Positions 62,340 to 64,000 of a stretch of DNA of 64,000 nt are shown piece after piece. The translations under genes and the position numbers were made by a program. Where the stretch lies: the NCBI GenBank assembly GCA_034780895.1, contig JAUZTB010000027.1, positions 32,178,092-32,242,091 of the forward strand, written 5' to 3'. Below the pieces are notes generated by a model. The model had not been told where the DNA came from, ran no database searches, and worked only from the letters and a program-made list of their open reading frames with translations. Source of the DNA: Rhynchobatus australiae (lineage: Eukaryota). The stretch's first letter is position 1, and each line of letters opens with the position of its first letter.

Positions 62340-62850
62340 GCACAGAAATGGGCCCTTTGGCTTAACGTCCATGCTGACATTTTTGTCCCTTTACACTACA
62401 TTTGTCAGCATTAGGTCCATATCTGTGCCTTGCCTATTAAAGTGCCTGTCTAAATGTCTCCTGAACATGGTGATTAGACCTGATTCCACCACCTCCTCTG
62501 GCAGTGAATTCCACACACTCTCTGTGAGTAACTTTCCCCTTAAATCTGCTTTAAAACTCCTTCCTCTAACTTAAACCTTATGCCCTCTTCTTTTTGATAC
62601 CATACCCCTAACCATGGGAAAATTATTCAGACCATCTACCCTGTCTGTGCCTGTGTAATTTTATTTAGCTCTACCTGGTCACCCCTGAGTCTCCATTACT
62701 CCAGGGAAAACAAGCTCAGCCTATCCAATCTCTTCCCATAACTAAAATCCTCCGGTCCAGGCAACATCCTGGTGAATATCCTCAGCACCCTCTCCAGCAC
62801 AATCACATCCTTCCTTTAGTGTGGCATCCAGAACTGCACTCCATACTCCA
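62340..62850 (-). mobile_element. 5'-truncated CR1 LINE
   Basis: Minus strand encodes LEYGVQFWMPH*RKDVIVLERVLRIFTRMLPG, followed by the CR1 3' region. Confidence 0.9.
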
Positions 62851-63234
62851 ATCATATCACATCACATTTGTTGGGATTAAATTCCATTTGCCAATACTCC
62901 ACCCAATTTTCCATTTGATCTTTGCACCTTCATAAATATTCAGTAAGTATTCCAATACTACCTCATGTCAAATGATACATGACACTGGATAACTAAACAA
63001 TACTAATAGGGAAAACTTTCAAGAGTTTGACAGGCGTCTAGTTAAATCTCAGTGGACCCCAGCACTAGTGGTATCAATAAGTCTACAAATGTTTTGGATC
63101 TGGCAGTACAATCATAATAGACATAATTCCATCTTTAAGAAAGTGCAACATTCATTCAATAAGTTTAATTTCATACAGACCTGCTCCTTTTGAACACAAG
63201 TATGACAAGCAAGTGCATTCAACAGCAGCAGGGC

Positions 63235-63630
63235 TGGGCTGCCATGTCACAGGACTGTGGACTTGAGGTCAATTCCATGCCCAGACTACTCACCCCAGCT
63301 TGAGATCGGTGCAGAATTGAGGAATGCTGCTTGTTTTGGGACACTGTTTCAGATAAAATGTTAAACTGCACTCATCTGCTTGTACAAATTACCTCCTGCC
63401 ATAAGTTGGAGAAGAGCAGTGAGGGTTCACAATGTCATGGCCAACATTTTTCCCTCAACTAAAACAGATTGACACTTCATTAATCTCATTGCTGTTTGTG
63501 GGATTTTGCTGTGCTCCCTCATTTATCTATGTTACAGCAGTCATCACATTTCAGAAATAATTCATAACCGATACGCACTTAAAGATTTCATGTGGATGTG
63601 AAAGATACTCTACAACAGCTACTTTTTTTT
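63235..63630 (+). mobile_element. SacSINE1/DeuSINE-like SINE
   Basis: gtgcagaattgaggaatgctgc..tttcagataaaatgttaaactg..gaagagcag..tgtcatggccaacatttttccctcaac..ctcattgctgtttgtgggattttgctgtgc. Confidence 0.75.
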
Positions 63631-64000
63631 AAACCAAACAGTAACTTATTATGTTTGGATTAAACAATCACAATTAAACAATCCATTCCACAAATACTGT
63701 CAATTTGCTGTGGTGAGAAAGTTAAGGCTGTATGTTACTGGACTAACAATATACATTATAGTTATTATGATTGCTTACAGTCAGCTCACTAGTATCACAG
63801 CACACTATATTCCAGGGTTAATACATTGCCTCAATATCAATCTAATATACTGCTGAGACAGCAGTCTATCTCCAGGTCATACACCTCAGCTGCAAGTTTC
63901 AACACTATGAGAAAAGTACATCCAGTGTTCCATTAGGACTGGAATTGGCAGAGGAGGAAATGCAAATGTAGGAAAGGGTTGCTCATGATATCAGGTTGCA

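Overview
Eukaryotic, AT-rich, CpG-depleted, non-coding vertebrate DNA from a gappy draft assembly (many N runs, several of about 100 nt). The repeat complement points to a cartilaginous fish, probably a batoid: HE1/V-SINEs, SacSINE1/DeuSINE-like and LF-SINE-like relics, CR1/HER1-, L2-, Rex1/Babar-, RTE- and Tx1-like LINE fragments, and Penelope-like termini. Family names come from recalled consensus motifs, not a database search. I recognise no intact protein-coding gene, tRNA, rRNA or CRISPR array. The longer ORFs are LINE fragments, N-gap read-throughs or apparently random. The window looks like a large intron or gene desert. Most notable: (i) short fold-back Penelope-like relics carrying decayed hammerhead-ribozyme motifs, one with a locally templated ~160-bp insertion at the predicted self-cleavage position; (ii) nested and fused retroelement junctions; (iii) weak candidate spliced exons on both strands; (iv) CpG-retaining candidate enhancers. 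No novel system is demonstrated by the sequence alone.
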